Assembly: GCA_963821845.1 (NCBI GenBank)
Contig: CAWGFI010000013.1
Coordinates: 1,012-65,011 of the forward strand
Direction: 5' to 3'
From: an uncultured delta proteobacterium
GTDB lineage: Bacteria; Desulfobacterota; Desulfarculia; JACQYL01; CAWGVV01
Length of the DNA stretch: 64,000 nucleotides
Shown here: piece by piece, positions 1-9,167 of the stretch
How positions within the stretch are numbered: the stretch's first letter is position 1
Layout: each line of letters starts with the position of its first letter
Translations under genes and position numbers: made by a program
Notes under the pieces: model-generated
Databases searched by the model: none
What the model saw: the letters and a program-made list of their open reading frames with translations, nothing else
Told to the model about the DNA's origin: nothing

Positions 1-790
1 ATAATGCTTTTTGGTTTCTGGGTCTCGATAGCCAATCCTGCGTAAGCTCCGGGGATATTTGCCGTTGTTAAGCGTTATGGTCTGATCGGAAGTGAGATTT
101 TGCTTTTTATTCACCGGGCGGCGTTCAACAACACGATAGGCGCTGTTGCGGTTGAGGCGCGTGACAAAGAAAACGCCTCCCCGCTGAGGTTGTCGAGCCA
201 GGAATAATCCACATAGCCCCGGTCAATGGCGACGATGGAGCCTACGGGAAGGCTGAGCGCGCGCGCTATCTTGGTTTCATGGGTCTTCCCCTCGGAGACG
301 GCCACAAAAGCGGGCAGGTAACCGGAATGATCCAGGAGGATGTGCAGTTTGATCGCCCCTTTTCTCCGGCGGAATGAAGCCCAGGGAAACAGTGACAGGG
401 AAAGCTTTATCACCGTGGCGTCCAGGGGAGCTTGTTTTTGAACTTGAAGGAATGTTTGGGGGCCGACGGCGCAAGCCGTCGATACAGGACATTGAAGAGT
501 TCCTGGTAAAAAGACGCCGGACGCCGGTTGTTGGCGTCGGAGAACGTGGATCGGGCCACCGGCTGGGAACCAAGATGGTAAAGATTGCGCTCCTTGGCTT
601 TCAGGCTATCCACGCCGTCACGCAGACTGGCCCGCGAGGTTACCTGCATGAACATGAGATTCACAAACTGGCTCCAGCGGGTGAATGAACGGGCTCTTCT
701 GCCCGTGGAATGATCGTTTTCAAGCTTGTCAAAAACATGTCTCGGAATAAGTTTGAGCATCTGATGAAAAAGTGTGTTATTATGAGCCAT
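1..790 (-). pseudogene. IS4-family DDE transposase, broken by frameshifts; 3' end runs off the window
   Basis: ORFs 410..790 (N-terminal part, 'RSFTRWSQFVNLMFMQ') and 111..413 (DDE core, 'IVAIDRGYVDYSWL') are consecutive pieces in different frames. Bases 1..110 continue in a third frame ('LRRIGYRDPETKK'). Confidence 0.75.
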
Positions 791-1021
791 AGTCCGAAAT
801 CTCCTGTTTGTTTAATGAGTTATACGCAAAATCATTATAACAGATCAATGGAGTTTTCGGACTTTTTTTAACCTCTTAACCGGACACTACTGTAGGAGGA
901 TAACCTCCCGGCAGGCTATCTAAATGGCGAGCAAGCTTTTTATAACAATCCATTCCCATCATGACCTCCTGTTACAATCCTCAAACTTGTCGGATACCGA
1001 CTTCCTTAATTTCGCCTCGCT

Positions 1022-1716
1022 TCATTTCTCCAGGGCTGACCTTATTTCAGAAATGACGTAAGTTGAATCTTCTCTTTTTAAACGCGACGTCAGCACAGTT
1101 ATTGCTTTACTGCCGCCGATTCTCCCAAGGGCCCAGGCCGCATAGGCCCGAACCAGCTCCTCGGGGTTCTCCATGGCTCGATCCAATACGGGTATATGGT
1201 CCGGGTCTCCCGTGTTTCCCAATGCGATGGCCGCGTTTCTCTGGAAATATTTTTTGTCGCTGATGTAGTTGTACATGACGGGCAGGATGGATTTTTCGTA
1301 AAGCTCATCTGACATATTCAGCATTTTCGGCAGGCTAAAATCCTCGGCCAGCCGGACCAGAAACGGGTCCTTCGGGAACCTTGCTTTCAGCATTGCCGCA
1401 TTCCGCGGGCATGCCTCCTGACAGGCATCACACCCATGGACGCGCGTTCCCATCTTTTCCCTGATATCGGGGGGAATGTGGCTTGTCACCCCGGGACGTC
1501 CGTCCTGGGTACACCATGCATTAAAGGAGATACAACGCCGTGGATCGAGCGTCAGGGGTTTGATGATGGCCCCCGTGGGGCAGGCGTCCATGCAGGCGGT
1601 GCAGTCCTTGGGGCACTTGATATCGTAAGTCGGTTCGTCAACTTCAAGCTCCGCGTCGACAACAATCGAACTAAGATATACGAAAGAGCCGACGCCCAGA
1701 AGTGGGTGCGGAAAAT
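1022..1716 (-). pseudogene. epoxyqueuosine reductase (QueG)-like 4Fe-4S / HEAT-repeat protein, 5'-truncated at the IS3 boundary
   Basis: Ferredoxin-type Cys motifs 'CPKDCTACMDACPTGAI' and 'HGCDACQEACP' are followed by HEAT-like 'RNAAIALGNTGD...VRAYAAWALGRIG'. My translation stays open upstream of the listed Met up to 1716, where the IS3 inverted repeat begins. Confidence 0.7.
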
Positions 1717-1764
1717 TGGACAGGCTGTTAAGGTGGAATCCTCAAGAGAGGAGAACACGAGATA

Positions 1765-2049
1765 ATGAGCAAGAGAAGACGATTTTCCGCGGAGTTCAAA
1801 GCCAAGGTAGCCCTTGACGCGCTGTCCGGAGAGATGACGCTTACCGAGCTGGCCAGCAAATACGGCGTGCATCCCAACATGATTTCAGCATGGAAACGTC
1901 AAGCCAGGGAAAGCATCGTAGAGTGTTTTAGCGGCAATGCGGCGGTCGGGAGGAACGACCAGGAAGCGGATATCAAGGATCTGCACGCGAAGATCGGTCA
2001 GTTGACCGTGGAGAATGATTTTTTGCAGAAGGCCTTCGCTCGTCGGTGA
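1765..2049 (+). CDS. IS3 transposase OrfA (HTH)
   Basis: 94 aa, 'RRFSAEFKAKVALDALSGEMTLTELASKYGVHPNMISAWKRQ', the classic IS3 OrfA helix-turn-helix plus leucine-zipper tail. Confidence 0.9.
   Translation: MSKRRRFSAEFKAKVALDALSGEMTLTELASKYGVHPNMISAWKRQARESIVECFSGNAAVGRNDQEADIKDLHAKIGQLTVENDFLQKAFARR
2019..2025 (+). promoter_or_regulatory. -1 programmed ribosomal frameshift heptamer T_TTT_TTG of the IS3 element
   Basis: In the orfA frame the codons read GAT TTT TTG. The -1 frame is open from 2022 into orfB. The X_XXY_YYZ pattern is typical of IS3 elements. Confidence 0.7.
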
Positions 2050-2933
2050 GTCGTGAGCGGAGGCGGCGGATGGTGGAGCAAGACCGTCCAAGGCTCAGTG
2101 TCACACGTCAATGCCTGCTCTTGGGTTTGAAGCGTTCCACGTATTACTATCAGCCCAAGGGCGAGAGCTTGTTCAACCTGCGCTTGCTGCGGCTGATCGA
2201 TGAGCAATTTCTGGAGACACCGTTTTATGGGACACGGCAAATGAAACGGCATCTGGTCAACGCAGGCTATGCGGTGGGGCGCCGCAGAGTCAAACGCCTC
2301 ATGAGAAAAATGGGGCTTATGGCCGTGTATCAGAAACCGAGAACAAGCGTACCCGGCGCAGAGCATACGGTTTATCCGTACCTTCTGCGAGGGGTCACGA
2401 TCGAGAAGCCCAATCAGGTCTGGTGCTCTGACATCACCTACCTGCCCATGAAGCGGGGCTTTCTCTACCTTGTTGCAGTTATGGACTGGTACAGCCGCGC
2501 GGTTCTGGCCTGGCGGCTCTCTAATACGATGGACGCCGATTTCTGTGCAGCCGCTCTGGAAGACGCGCTCAGTCGTTACGGAGCGCCGGAAATCTTCAAT
2601 ACGGATCAGGGGAGTCAGTTTACCAGCGCCCTGTTCACCGAAACACTCAAAGACGCCGGGGTACGGATTTCCATGGATGGAAAAGGCCGCTGGATGGACA
2701 ATATTTTTATTGAGCGCCTGTGGCGTTCGGTGAAATGCGAATGCGTCTACCTGCGTGAATTCGCGACCGGGACCCAGGCCAGAGAGGAACTCGACGCCTG
2801 GCTTAATTTTTACAACTGGAAGAGGCCGCATTCTATCTTTGACGGCAAACGGCCTATGGAAGTATATTGTGGTCATCGTCCAAGCACTGGGGGGCATGCC
2901 CCCCAGTGCTTGGAAAACCTCAAGGCGGCGTAA
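2046..2933 (+). CDS. IS3 transposase OrfB (DDE integrase core), probably made as an OrfAB fusion by -1 frameshifting
   Basis: 295 aa with 'WCSDITYLP', 'NTDQGSQFTS' and 'ERLWRSVKCE' rve-type motifs. It lies in the -1 frame relative to orfA and is open from the slippery site onward. Confidence 0.9.
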   Translation: MSRERRRRMVEQDRPRLSVTRQCLLLGLKRSTYYYQPKGESLFNLRLLRLIDEQFLETPFYGTRQMKRHLVNAGYAVGRRRVKRLMRKMGLMAVYQKPRTSVPGAEHTVYPYLLRGVTIEKPNQVWCSDITYLPMKRGFLYLVAVMDWYSRAVLAWRLSNTMDADFCAAALEDALSRYGAPEIFNTDQGSQFTSALFTETLKDAGVRISMDGKGRWMDNIFIERLWRSVKCECVYLREFATGTQAREELDAWLNFYNWKRPHSIFDGKRPMEVYCGHRPSTGGHAPQCLENLKAA

Positions 2934-2998
2934 CCCATGAGTCGGATTCCACCTTATTTATGCCGCCACCCTGTCCAACCAACCGGGACCACTTCTAG

Positions 2999-3709
2999 AT
3001 ATACAAGCGACTAAACCTGCCCTGTTTCAATCCGCTCTTAAATTTCACGAAAGAAGAGATCATCGAAGTCATTACAAAGCGTTATGGCTTACCCCTGAAT
3101 CCAATATACGAGCATATGGACCGTACTTATTGTATTTGTTGTTATACGCTTGAAGCAAGGAACCAAGACTATGCGAGGGGACGCTTTCCGGAGATCCATG
3201 CGCGATATTACGGTCAAATTCGAAAGATGATTTTCGATAGTGGCCTCATCCAGAAATCTCACGAAGCTGACTGTTATAAGTCAGTGGATGAGAAGGTGAA
3301 TAGGAACGGCTTCATTCATTGGAAGAAATTGAGGAGTCAAGATTCCGTGGGCGCAATCAAAAGGCGTCTCCGCGGTGGCGGCCTCGTATACCACATCCGG
3401 AATGAGTCATGGATAGACACGAAACACCTCATCCCTGTGAAAGGGAAATGGCTCCGGCAGGGAAATGAGATCCGTTTCTGGAACATCCTAGAAAGAGTTG
3501 CAGACGTCTTGATCAAGCGGATGATCAACTGTCTTGACTGCGGACTTTGCACCATTGAGTGTTTTACTTGTCGGGTTTTTGACCGTAGTAGTAAAATACT
3601 CAGAATAGAAGGCTGCAGCCAGTGTGGCGAGTGCCTGAACCTCATGCGCTGTATCGGCTGGCACAATCGATTTTGGCGTCGGGTGATCGTGGAGGGAAGT
3701 AGTATATGA
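2999..3709 (+). pseudogene. PAPS-reductase-like protein C-terminal fragment with a C-terminal Cys-rich (4Fe-4S-like) domain; 5' part missing at the IS3 boundary
   Basis: The frame is open from 2999, upstream of the listed Met at 3116: 'CFNPLLNFTKEEIIEVITKRYGLPLNPIYEHMDRTYCICC', matching the PAPS reductase family C-terminal pattern. Later comes 'CLDCGLCTIECFTC...CSQCGECLNLMRC'. Confidence 0.5.
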
Positions 3710-4173
3710 CAAAGAGTCCCGGAGGAATTCAGATGACGCTTTATGGCCCCGGACAGTATTCCGGATTAGTTGAGCCCGCGCTCATCAGCGCCTGTTTCCT
3801 TGGCATTCCCTGCAGGTGGCATGGTAGGCGGGCAAAGAAACGGGACGGGCTCCTGGAACGACTGAAGAAACGATACATTCTTGTTCCCGTCTGCCCCGAG
3901 CAACTAGGGGGAATGCCAACGCCGCGGACGAGTGAATACCTCAACGGCACGGGGGCTCAGGTTTTGGATGAAGGACTGAAGATCATCGCCCCCGAAACAG
4001 GCGAGGATGTAACAGAATTTCACGTGAATGGGGCTAAATATACTCTCGAGATCGCTAAAATCGTGGGCGCCCGGCGCGCGTACCTCAAAGGCGGGAGTCC
4101 ATCGTGCGACAAAGACGGCGTATGCGGGGAGACGCTCAAACTCGCCGGCATAATCGTGACGCGTGTTCCGTGA
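3706..4173 (+). CDS. DUF523 family protein (TudS/YbbK-like 2-thiouracil desulfurase family)
   Basis: 'ISACFLGIPCRWHG...LVPVCPEQLGGMPTPR...GSPSCD', the conserved Cys pattern of DUF523. Confidence 0.7.
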   Translation: MTKSPGGIQMTLYGPGQYSGLVEPALISACFLGIPCRWHGRRAKKRDGLLERLKKRYILVPVCPEQLGGMPTPRTSEYLNGTGAQVLDEGLKIIAPETGEDVTEFHVNGAKYTLEIAKIVGARRAYLKGGSPSCDKDGVCGETLKLAGIIVTRVP

Positions 4174-4190
4174 AATCGGTGGGATGAATC

Positions 4191-4592
4191 ATGAACGAAG
4201 ATGTATTTGCGGAGAAGCTTGCGCAGTTCAAGCAAAACGAAAAACCGGAAGTGGTTCTCCTAATCGCTGACAACCAGGAACTCATTCGGATCACCGTAGC
4301 ATGGACAAATACCGCAGTTGCCAGGATGAAAAGGATAAGACAGCCGGGCGACCTCTCTGAGGCCGAATTCTGGGATTGGCTCTGGAAGCATGCGCAATAT
4401 TCCACGGAAGAGCTTCTCCTGAAAAGCTCTATCTCCAAATATGGATTCGAGTACAAAATACAGATGCTCATCGGTAACCGCGTCCTCTATCCGGATGGGA
4501 CGGTGAATACCTATGTTCAGCGCTACTTGCGTGAAAGGGTGCTCAAACTTTTTGAGGAAAAACCCAAAAGAAAGATGAGAAAGTCAGAATAG
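4191..4592 (+). CDS. hypothetical protein
   Basis: 133-aa ORF with normal composition. No family recognised. Confidence 0.45.
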   Translation: MNEDVFAEKLAQFKQNEKPEVVLLIADNQELIRITVAWTNTAVARMKRIRQPGDLSEAEFWDWLWKHAQYSTEELLLKSSISKYGFEYKIQMLIGNRVLYPDGTVNTYVQRYLRERVLKLFEEKPKRKMRKSE

Positions 4593-4661
4593 CATCCAAC
4601 TTTTCATCTGCAACGCCATCAAGCCTACCTTGATTCTCTTGCGAACACAAATTCGTGCAAC

Positions 4662-4699
4662 CAAATAAAAAAGGGCTACCCTATGACGGGGAACCCTTT
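4662..4699 (-). terminator. hairpin plus T-tract directly downstream of the displaced tRNA-Arg 3' fragment (probable native tRNA terminator)
   Basis: Minus strand reads AAAGGG-loop-CCCTTT followed by TTTTATTT. Confidence 0.5.
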
Positions 4700-4708
4700 G
4701 AATTCATT

Positions 4709-4755
4709 GTACGCCTGACAGGATTCGAACCTGTGGCCTGCGGATTAGAAGTCCG
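4709..4755. repeat. island attachment-site direct repeat (displaced 3' part of tRNA-Arg)
   Basis: The 47 nt GTACGCCTGACAGGATTCGAACCTGTGGCCTGCGGATTAGAAGTCCG are identical to 16057..16103 inside the intact tRNA-Arg gene. Confidence 0.9.
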
Positions 4756-4880
4756 TTAAAGGCATCCTATCGCTACTCACTTCAATTTACTTGATCCTAT
4801 TATATCAATATGTTATACAAAACAATCTTACTTCAACTCACCTTAAATATGTTTCTCAGGGTATCAATAGGGTAGCTAAG

Positions 4881-6053
4881 ATGGCCAACAAAAGACAGAA
4901 GGTAGCCAAGTTTCAGGGTGTCTATTTCCGTGAATCCGAATCAAGGACGTATAAGGGGAAGCCAGATCGCTGCTTTGACATCAGCTACAAAGACCAGAAT
5001 GGGAAAAAGATCTGGGAAAAGGTAGGTTGGCTATCTGAAGGCTATTCTGCTCAGTTTGCAGCAGGAATAAGAGCAAATCGTTTGCAGACCCTCAGGCATG
5101 GAGAGGAACTCCCCAAAAAACACGTACATGAGATTACCTTTGGAGAAGTATGGAAGAAGTATGATCAATGGCTTCAATCCAATCACAAACAACCCAGAGA
5201 TGATCGAGGACGCTATCACAAACATCTGGAACCACGATTTGCCAACAAGCCTCTTTCCAAGATAACCCCTTTCGATTTAGAGAGGTTAAAAAGCGATCTC
5301 AAGAAGTCTGACCTTGCCGATGCGACCGTGAAGCATGTCATAGTTGTGGTCAGACAAATGTTCAACAAGGCGATTGCTTGGGGGCTTTGGAGTGGGGATA
5401 ATCCAGTCAAGAAAGTAAAGATCCCTCAATTACAGAACCGAAGAGAACGCTTCCTAACCTACGAGGAAGCGACAACACTGCTTGATGAGATGGGCAAATC
5501 GAGCGAGCAACTTCGAGATATGGCTAGTTTGAGCCTCTATACCGGCTTGAGGGCTGGCGAGATATTCGCCTTGAGGTGGAGCCACATAGACCTTGAAAAC
5601 GATCTGATACACGTAGCCGATCCGAAGGGTGGATCTGCACGTAAGGCTTTTATCGTTCCCCAAATCAAAGAGATTTTCAAACGCCAGGAAAAGCCATCCA
5701 ATCCTGAGCAGTTTGTGTTCCTGTCCAGAAAAGGGGAACAGATTGTGGAAGTAAGCAATGCTTTCGGTCGAGTGGTGAATAGACTTGGACTGAATGACGG
5801 CTTTGATGATAGACGTCAGAAGGTTACTTTCCATACCCTGCGCCATACGTTCGCATCTTGGCTTGCGCTGCGCGGAACTCCTATCTTCACCATCAAAGAG
5901 CTTATGGGCCATCACACTTTAGTCATGACAGAGCGTTACGCCCATCTCCTCCCAGATCACAAACGTGAAGCTGCAAACGCCCTTGCAAAAGAGATAGAGG
6001 AAAAGCTTTCATCAGCAGAGAATGGCTCTTCAGATCAAGCAAACATCTCCTAG
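4881..6053 (+). CDS. tyrosine recombinase / phage-type integrase
   Basis: 'GLRAGEIFALRWSHIDL', 'HTLRHTFASWLALRG' and 'LMGHHTLVMTERYAHL' catalytic-domain motifs. It lies immediately inside the att repeat. The ATG at 4881 is preferred over the TTG at 4791. Confidence 0.9.
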   Translation: MANKRQKVAKFQGVYFRESESRTYKGKPDRCFDISYKDQNGKKIWEKVGWLSEGYSAQFAAGIRANRLQTLRHGEELPKKHVHEITFGEVWKKYDQWLQSNHKQPRDDRGRYHKHLEPRFANKPLSKITPFDLERLKSDLKKSDLADATVKHVIVVVRQMFNKAIAWGLWSGDNPVKKVKIPQLQNRRERFLTYEEATTLLDEMGKSSEQLRDMASLSLYTGLRAGEIFALRWSHIDLENDLIHVADPKGGSARKAFIVPQIKEIFKRQEKPSNPEQFVFLSRKGEQIVEVSNAFGRVVNRLGLNDGFDDRRQKVTFHTLRHTFASWLALRGTPIFTIKELMGHHTLVMTERYAHLLPDHKREAANALAKEIEEKLSSAENGSSDQANIS

Positions 6054-6087
6054 TATGCCTACCTATATGTACCCATCTTGTAACTGA

Positions 6088-6129
6088 GGGTGCCCCCACC
6101 AGTTGACCACAGGGGTACCACCCTGGGGG
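6088..6129 (+). other. GC-stem hairpin with AGTTGACCAC loop (copy 1 of a pair flanking the RT/PolA-like genes)
   Basis: GGGTGCCCCCACCAGTTGACCACAGGGGTACCACCCTGGGGG. CCCC/GGGG and GGGTG/CACCC can pair, or CCCCCA/TGGGGG. Confidence 0.4.
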
Positions 6130-6529
6130 ATATTGTTTATATAACAACTTTTGTGTATAAAACGTAAAAAGAGCTTGCTCCAACTTTAGTCTTTCTACTA
6201 TATTGAGATCGTGTAGAGGCAAGAGAAAATCACAAGCATAGTCTTGATTTGTGAATTGATCCGAACACTTAAGAATCCCTTAGGTATGCTTGATCATGAC
6301 GAAATCCATAATGCACCCATGGTTAAATACATACATTCTGTCCTTAACCAGAGAGCATCAGCCCAGACGGATGATGTGGTGATAAAGTATATAGATGCAA
6401 TATGTTGCCGTTTTAATGGGAGCGTCTTATAGTTGTCTATATAGCCAATAGCAAATAGAGCCCCATTTTATGCAGATACATCTAATTATTGTTGGACATC
6501 ATCAATCAAGTATGAGGTGAAACAGGACG

Positions 6530-8167
6530 ATGGAAGTAGATGTGGGGGGGATCACGACCGACATGCGGCAGGTTGTCCGCCAACTGAAACATGACCTAAA
6601 AGACGACTGGTATCCAGATACCTTAGGTTATGAAGATTCTCTTGAAGCTGAATTGATATCGGCGGCAATCACTGAATCTCTTGAGTCAAATGATGGTCTG
6701 TTTGTTCCCGGCAACCGGGCAGAGCTAAATATTCCCAAGAAGGGATTTGTTCTCCGCTATTCCTTAGAAACGAGTCTCCTCGATCGTGCTTACTACCATG
6801 CTCTTGTTTCCGAGCTTGTGCCATTCTACGATACACTCCTCCCTCCCGTTGTTCTGGGTCACAGATACGCTTCCAATGGCCACCGAGCGGGGCGATATCT
6901 GTTTCTTCACCCCATAGAGCAATGGAAGCTATTCAGAGGATACATTGCTCAGGAGGCCGAAAGGCAGCCTGTGGTCCTTGTTGCCGATATTCAAAACTAT
7001 TTTGAGAATATTAGGATAGACATGCTGTTGGAGTTGCTACGGCAGCGGGTATCGCAGTTGAATACCAGTGGTTCGACAAAGGCTCGGATCAGAACCATCG
7101 TTAACCTTTTGGAACGGTGTCTTAATACTTGGTGTTTTTGCTGTACGCACGGACTACCACAAAACCGAGATGCTTCTTCGTTCCTAGGCAATATCGTCAT
7201 GCTCAGCGTTGACGAAGAAATGATGCGGCGAGGTTATTCCTACTTTAGGTATATGGATGATATTCAAATCGTCACCTCATCTAAATACAAAGCAAGGGCC
7301 GCTCTACAAGATCTTATAGTCGAACTCCGGAAAATTGGCCTCAACGTAAACGCCGGAAAGACCGACATACTTGAACCGGGTAATCCGAAGTATGAAGAGA
7401 TCCTGTCTTTGGGTGACCTAGAACTCGAACAAATAGACAATATGTGGCGCTCCCGGTCACTCCCTGTGATCCGGCGTTCCTTTGAGCCTCTGCGGAGACT
7501 TGCTAGCAAGTTAATCCAAGAGAATAGGACTCAAGAGAGGGCTTTCCGCTTTTGCGTAAAAAGGTTTGAAAACCTGGCTCTTTGTGCTGACATCGATATC
7601 CCTTCGAGCTATTTTGAACCGATGATAGAAGCAGCAATTGCTGAATTAGATGCCCAACCATACAGCACTGACCAGCTCGTTCGGTTCTTGAAAGCGGCAC
7701 CAACTAAGGCAGCTGATATCGCTAGAGTTGCAGACCTATTGCGGGATCAGGAACGTGCAATTTATGATTGGCAGAATTATCTCCTTTGGCAGTTGCTTGT
7801 CTACAAAGAATACTATGACGCTGACCTAATCGTACTTGCCCGAAAACGGATTCGGGAGTCATCTCTGCAGGCAGATAGAGCCGGTGCAATTCTTTATTTA
7901 GGTGCCGTTGGCGCTGCAGAAGATCGCGCAACTGTAGCTGAGTGTTTTTCGGATTGTACAAACCACCTACTTCAGCGCAATGCTTTAATCGCCGTTCATG
8001 AATTAGATTTTAGCCACGGAATCAAGCAACATGTAGCTCCACATGTCTTGCCCTGTCTGAAAGGCACATATAGAAGGATTCGTGATCGTTTTCCAGGATG
8101 TTACCACAGGCCACTACCATCAGTGTCTTACCTTGACATCTATGACGAGGTAACTTCCTATGGGTAA
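6530..8167 (+). CDS. reverse transcriptase with helical-repeat C-terminal domain (Abi/UG/DRT-like architecture)
   Basis: RT motifs 'VLVADIQNYFENI' (A), 'GLPQNRDASSFLGNIVMLSVD' (B), 'FRYMDDIQIV' (C, YxDD) and 'GLNVNAGKTDIL' (E). About 250 aa of alpha-helical HEAT-like repeat follow ('ADRAGAILYLGAVGAAEDRATV...LLQRNALIAVHEL'). GAGGTG SD 10 nt upstream. Confidence 0.85.
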   Translation: MEVDVGGITTDMRQVVRQLKHDLKDDWYPDTLGYEDSLEAELISAAITESLESNDGLFVPGNRAELNIPKKGFVLRYSLETSLLDRAYYHALVSELVPFYDTLLPPVVLGHRYASNGHRAGRYLFLHPIEQWKLFRGYIAQEAERQPVVLVADIQNYFENIRIDMLLELLRQRVSQLNTSGSTKARIRTIVNLLERCLNTWCFCCTHGLPQNRDASSFLGNIVMLSVDEEMMRRGYSYFRYMDDIQIVTSSKYKARAALQDLIVELRKIGLNVNAGKTDILEPGNPKYEEILSLGDLELEQIDNMWRSRSLPVIRRSFEPLRRLASKLIQENRTQERAFRFCVKRFENLALCADIDIPSSYFEPMIEAAIAELDAQPYSTDQLVRFLKAAPTKAADIARVADLLRDQERAIYDWQNYLLWQLLVYKEYYDADLIVLARKRIRESSLQADRAGAILYLGAVGAAEDRATVAECFSDCTNHLLQRNALIAVHELDFSHGIKQHVAPHVLPCLKGTYRRIRDRFPGCYHRPLPSVSYLDIYDEVTSYG

Positions 8168-9167
8168 GCAATTCCCTGAGTGGTATCTATTTCACAATAC
8201 CCCACCTGTCGAAGTTGGTTCTAAGCCCGTACTCATTCTGAGATCTCCTCTAGGTGAGAACCGCCAAGTGGAGTTAGCTGATATCGCAGGATTCGAGGCG
8301 CCATTGGTGACGCATTCCTTTGCATGGCTCGTTGATTGGTTTCGAAACTCATCTCTTCCACTTCCCGTTACTGTGATTGAGCTTGAGTTGGCCAAGAAGC
8401 TCATTGTTGGTCGCCCTAAGTCTGAATTTAAAACAGGAAATCGGCCATGGGAGATCTCAGAAATATTGGCCCCGTATCTCCCTGGCAAATATGATCAACC
8501 AAAACTAAAGCATGCACTTTCCACTCATCTATCTCGACCTTCGACAGGAGAATTTAGCAATCTAGAGTGGATGGAAGCCGTTACAGGTCTTCTTCCAAAG
8601 GCTTGGGAAGAACTGAAAAACGATTTGCATACGATTGGGGAAGCAAAGCGGTTCTTTTCAATTGAAGTTCCGGTCTTTAATATAATGTTACGTTCACAAC
8701 TTGAAGGCATAAGAGTTGACCACGATAACCGTGACAAGTTATTGCAAATAGTTGATCGTGAATATATAGCCGCCCATCATTCACTATCCATAACTTGCAA
8801 TATAAAGGTTGCAAAGGCATTGAATGATACAAAATATTTACTAAATTGCCTTGGTATACGTAACATTGAAGAACTAAAAAAATATTTACCAGAAGAAATT
8901 ATTAGGGAATTTAAGACTACACATCCAATATGTTCATCACTCAATACTATTCTATCATCAAAGCGTAATAAAGGAATATTACTCAGGACTTTTTCTTTAG
9001 GTTCAGAATTTTGCTATCCTATTTTTGATGTACTTGGGACAGTGACAGGGCGTATACTAGCCGTAGATCCACAATTGCAGTATCTCAAGAAAGAGTATAG
9101 ATCTTTGTTAATACCAAGGGATGGCAGCATCCACCTAATGTCGATTATTCACAGTTTGAGCCCATGA
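8160..9167 (+). CDS. family-A DNA polymerase-like protein, N-terminal part (thumb/fingers start); reading frame breaks just before motif A
   Basis: ATG overlaps the RT stop (ATGGGTAA). 'EVPVFNIMLRSQLEGIRVD' and 'GTVTGRILAVDPQLQYLKKEYRSLLIPRDG' match the PolA 'E.PL..VL..ME..GI.VD' and 'TGRLSS.DPNLQNIP....IR.AF' patterns. Confidence 0.75.
   Translation: MGKQFPEWYLFHNTPPVEVGSKPVLILRSPLGENRQVELADIAGFEAPLVTHSFAWLVDWFRNSSLPLPVTVIELELAKKLIVGRPKSEFKTGNRPWEISEILAPYLPGKYDQPKLKHALSTHLSRPSTGEFSNLEWMEAVTGLLPKAWEELKNDLHTIGEAKRFFSIEVPVFNIMLRSQLEGIRVDHDNRDKLLQIVDREYIAAHHSLSITCNIKVAKALNDTKYLLNCLGIRNIEELKKYLPEEIIREFKTTHPICSSLNTILSSKRNKGILLRTFSLGSEFCYPIFDVLGTVTGRILAVDPQLQYLKKEYRSLLIPRDGSIHLMSIIHSLSP

Larger units (their letters stand above)
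1717..2977 (+). mobile_element. IS3-family insertion sequence (about 1.26 kb) with imperfect terminal inverted repeats
   Basis: Left end TGGACAGGCTGTTAAGGTGGAATCC (1717..1741). The reverse complement of the right end (2944..2977) is TGGACAGGGTGGCGGCATAAATAAGGTGGAATCC. It has the TG...CA termini and orfA/orfB architecture typical of IS3. No matching target-site duplication was seen. Confidence 0.85.

Noticed and set aside
6244-6432. 62-aa ORF between the integrase and the RT.
   Set aside because: It has a TTG start, no SD and no recognisable family. I treat it as part of a possibly non-coding leader, though a small accessory protein cannot be excluded.
6530-8167. RT as a group II intron, retron or DGR reverse transcriptase.
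   Set aside because: There is no maturase/endonuclease tail, and I saw no intron domain V-like hairpin. I saw no long a1/a2 inverted repeats flanking an msr/msd-like region, and no template/variable repeat pair in the neighbouring genes. This is by-eye inspection only, so a computational repeat and CM search is still needed.
9119-9145. Programmed -1 ribosomal frameshift in the PolA-like gene.
   Set aside because: There is no X_XXY_YYZ heptamer at the shift window. Many other genes in this window carry similar breaks, so an indel is the simpler explanation.
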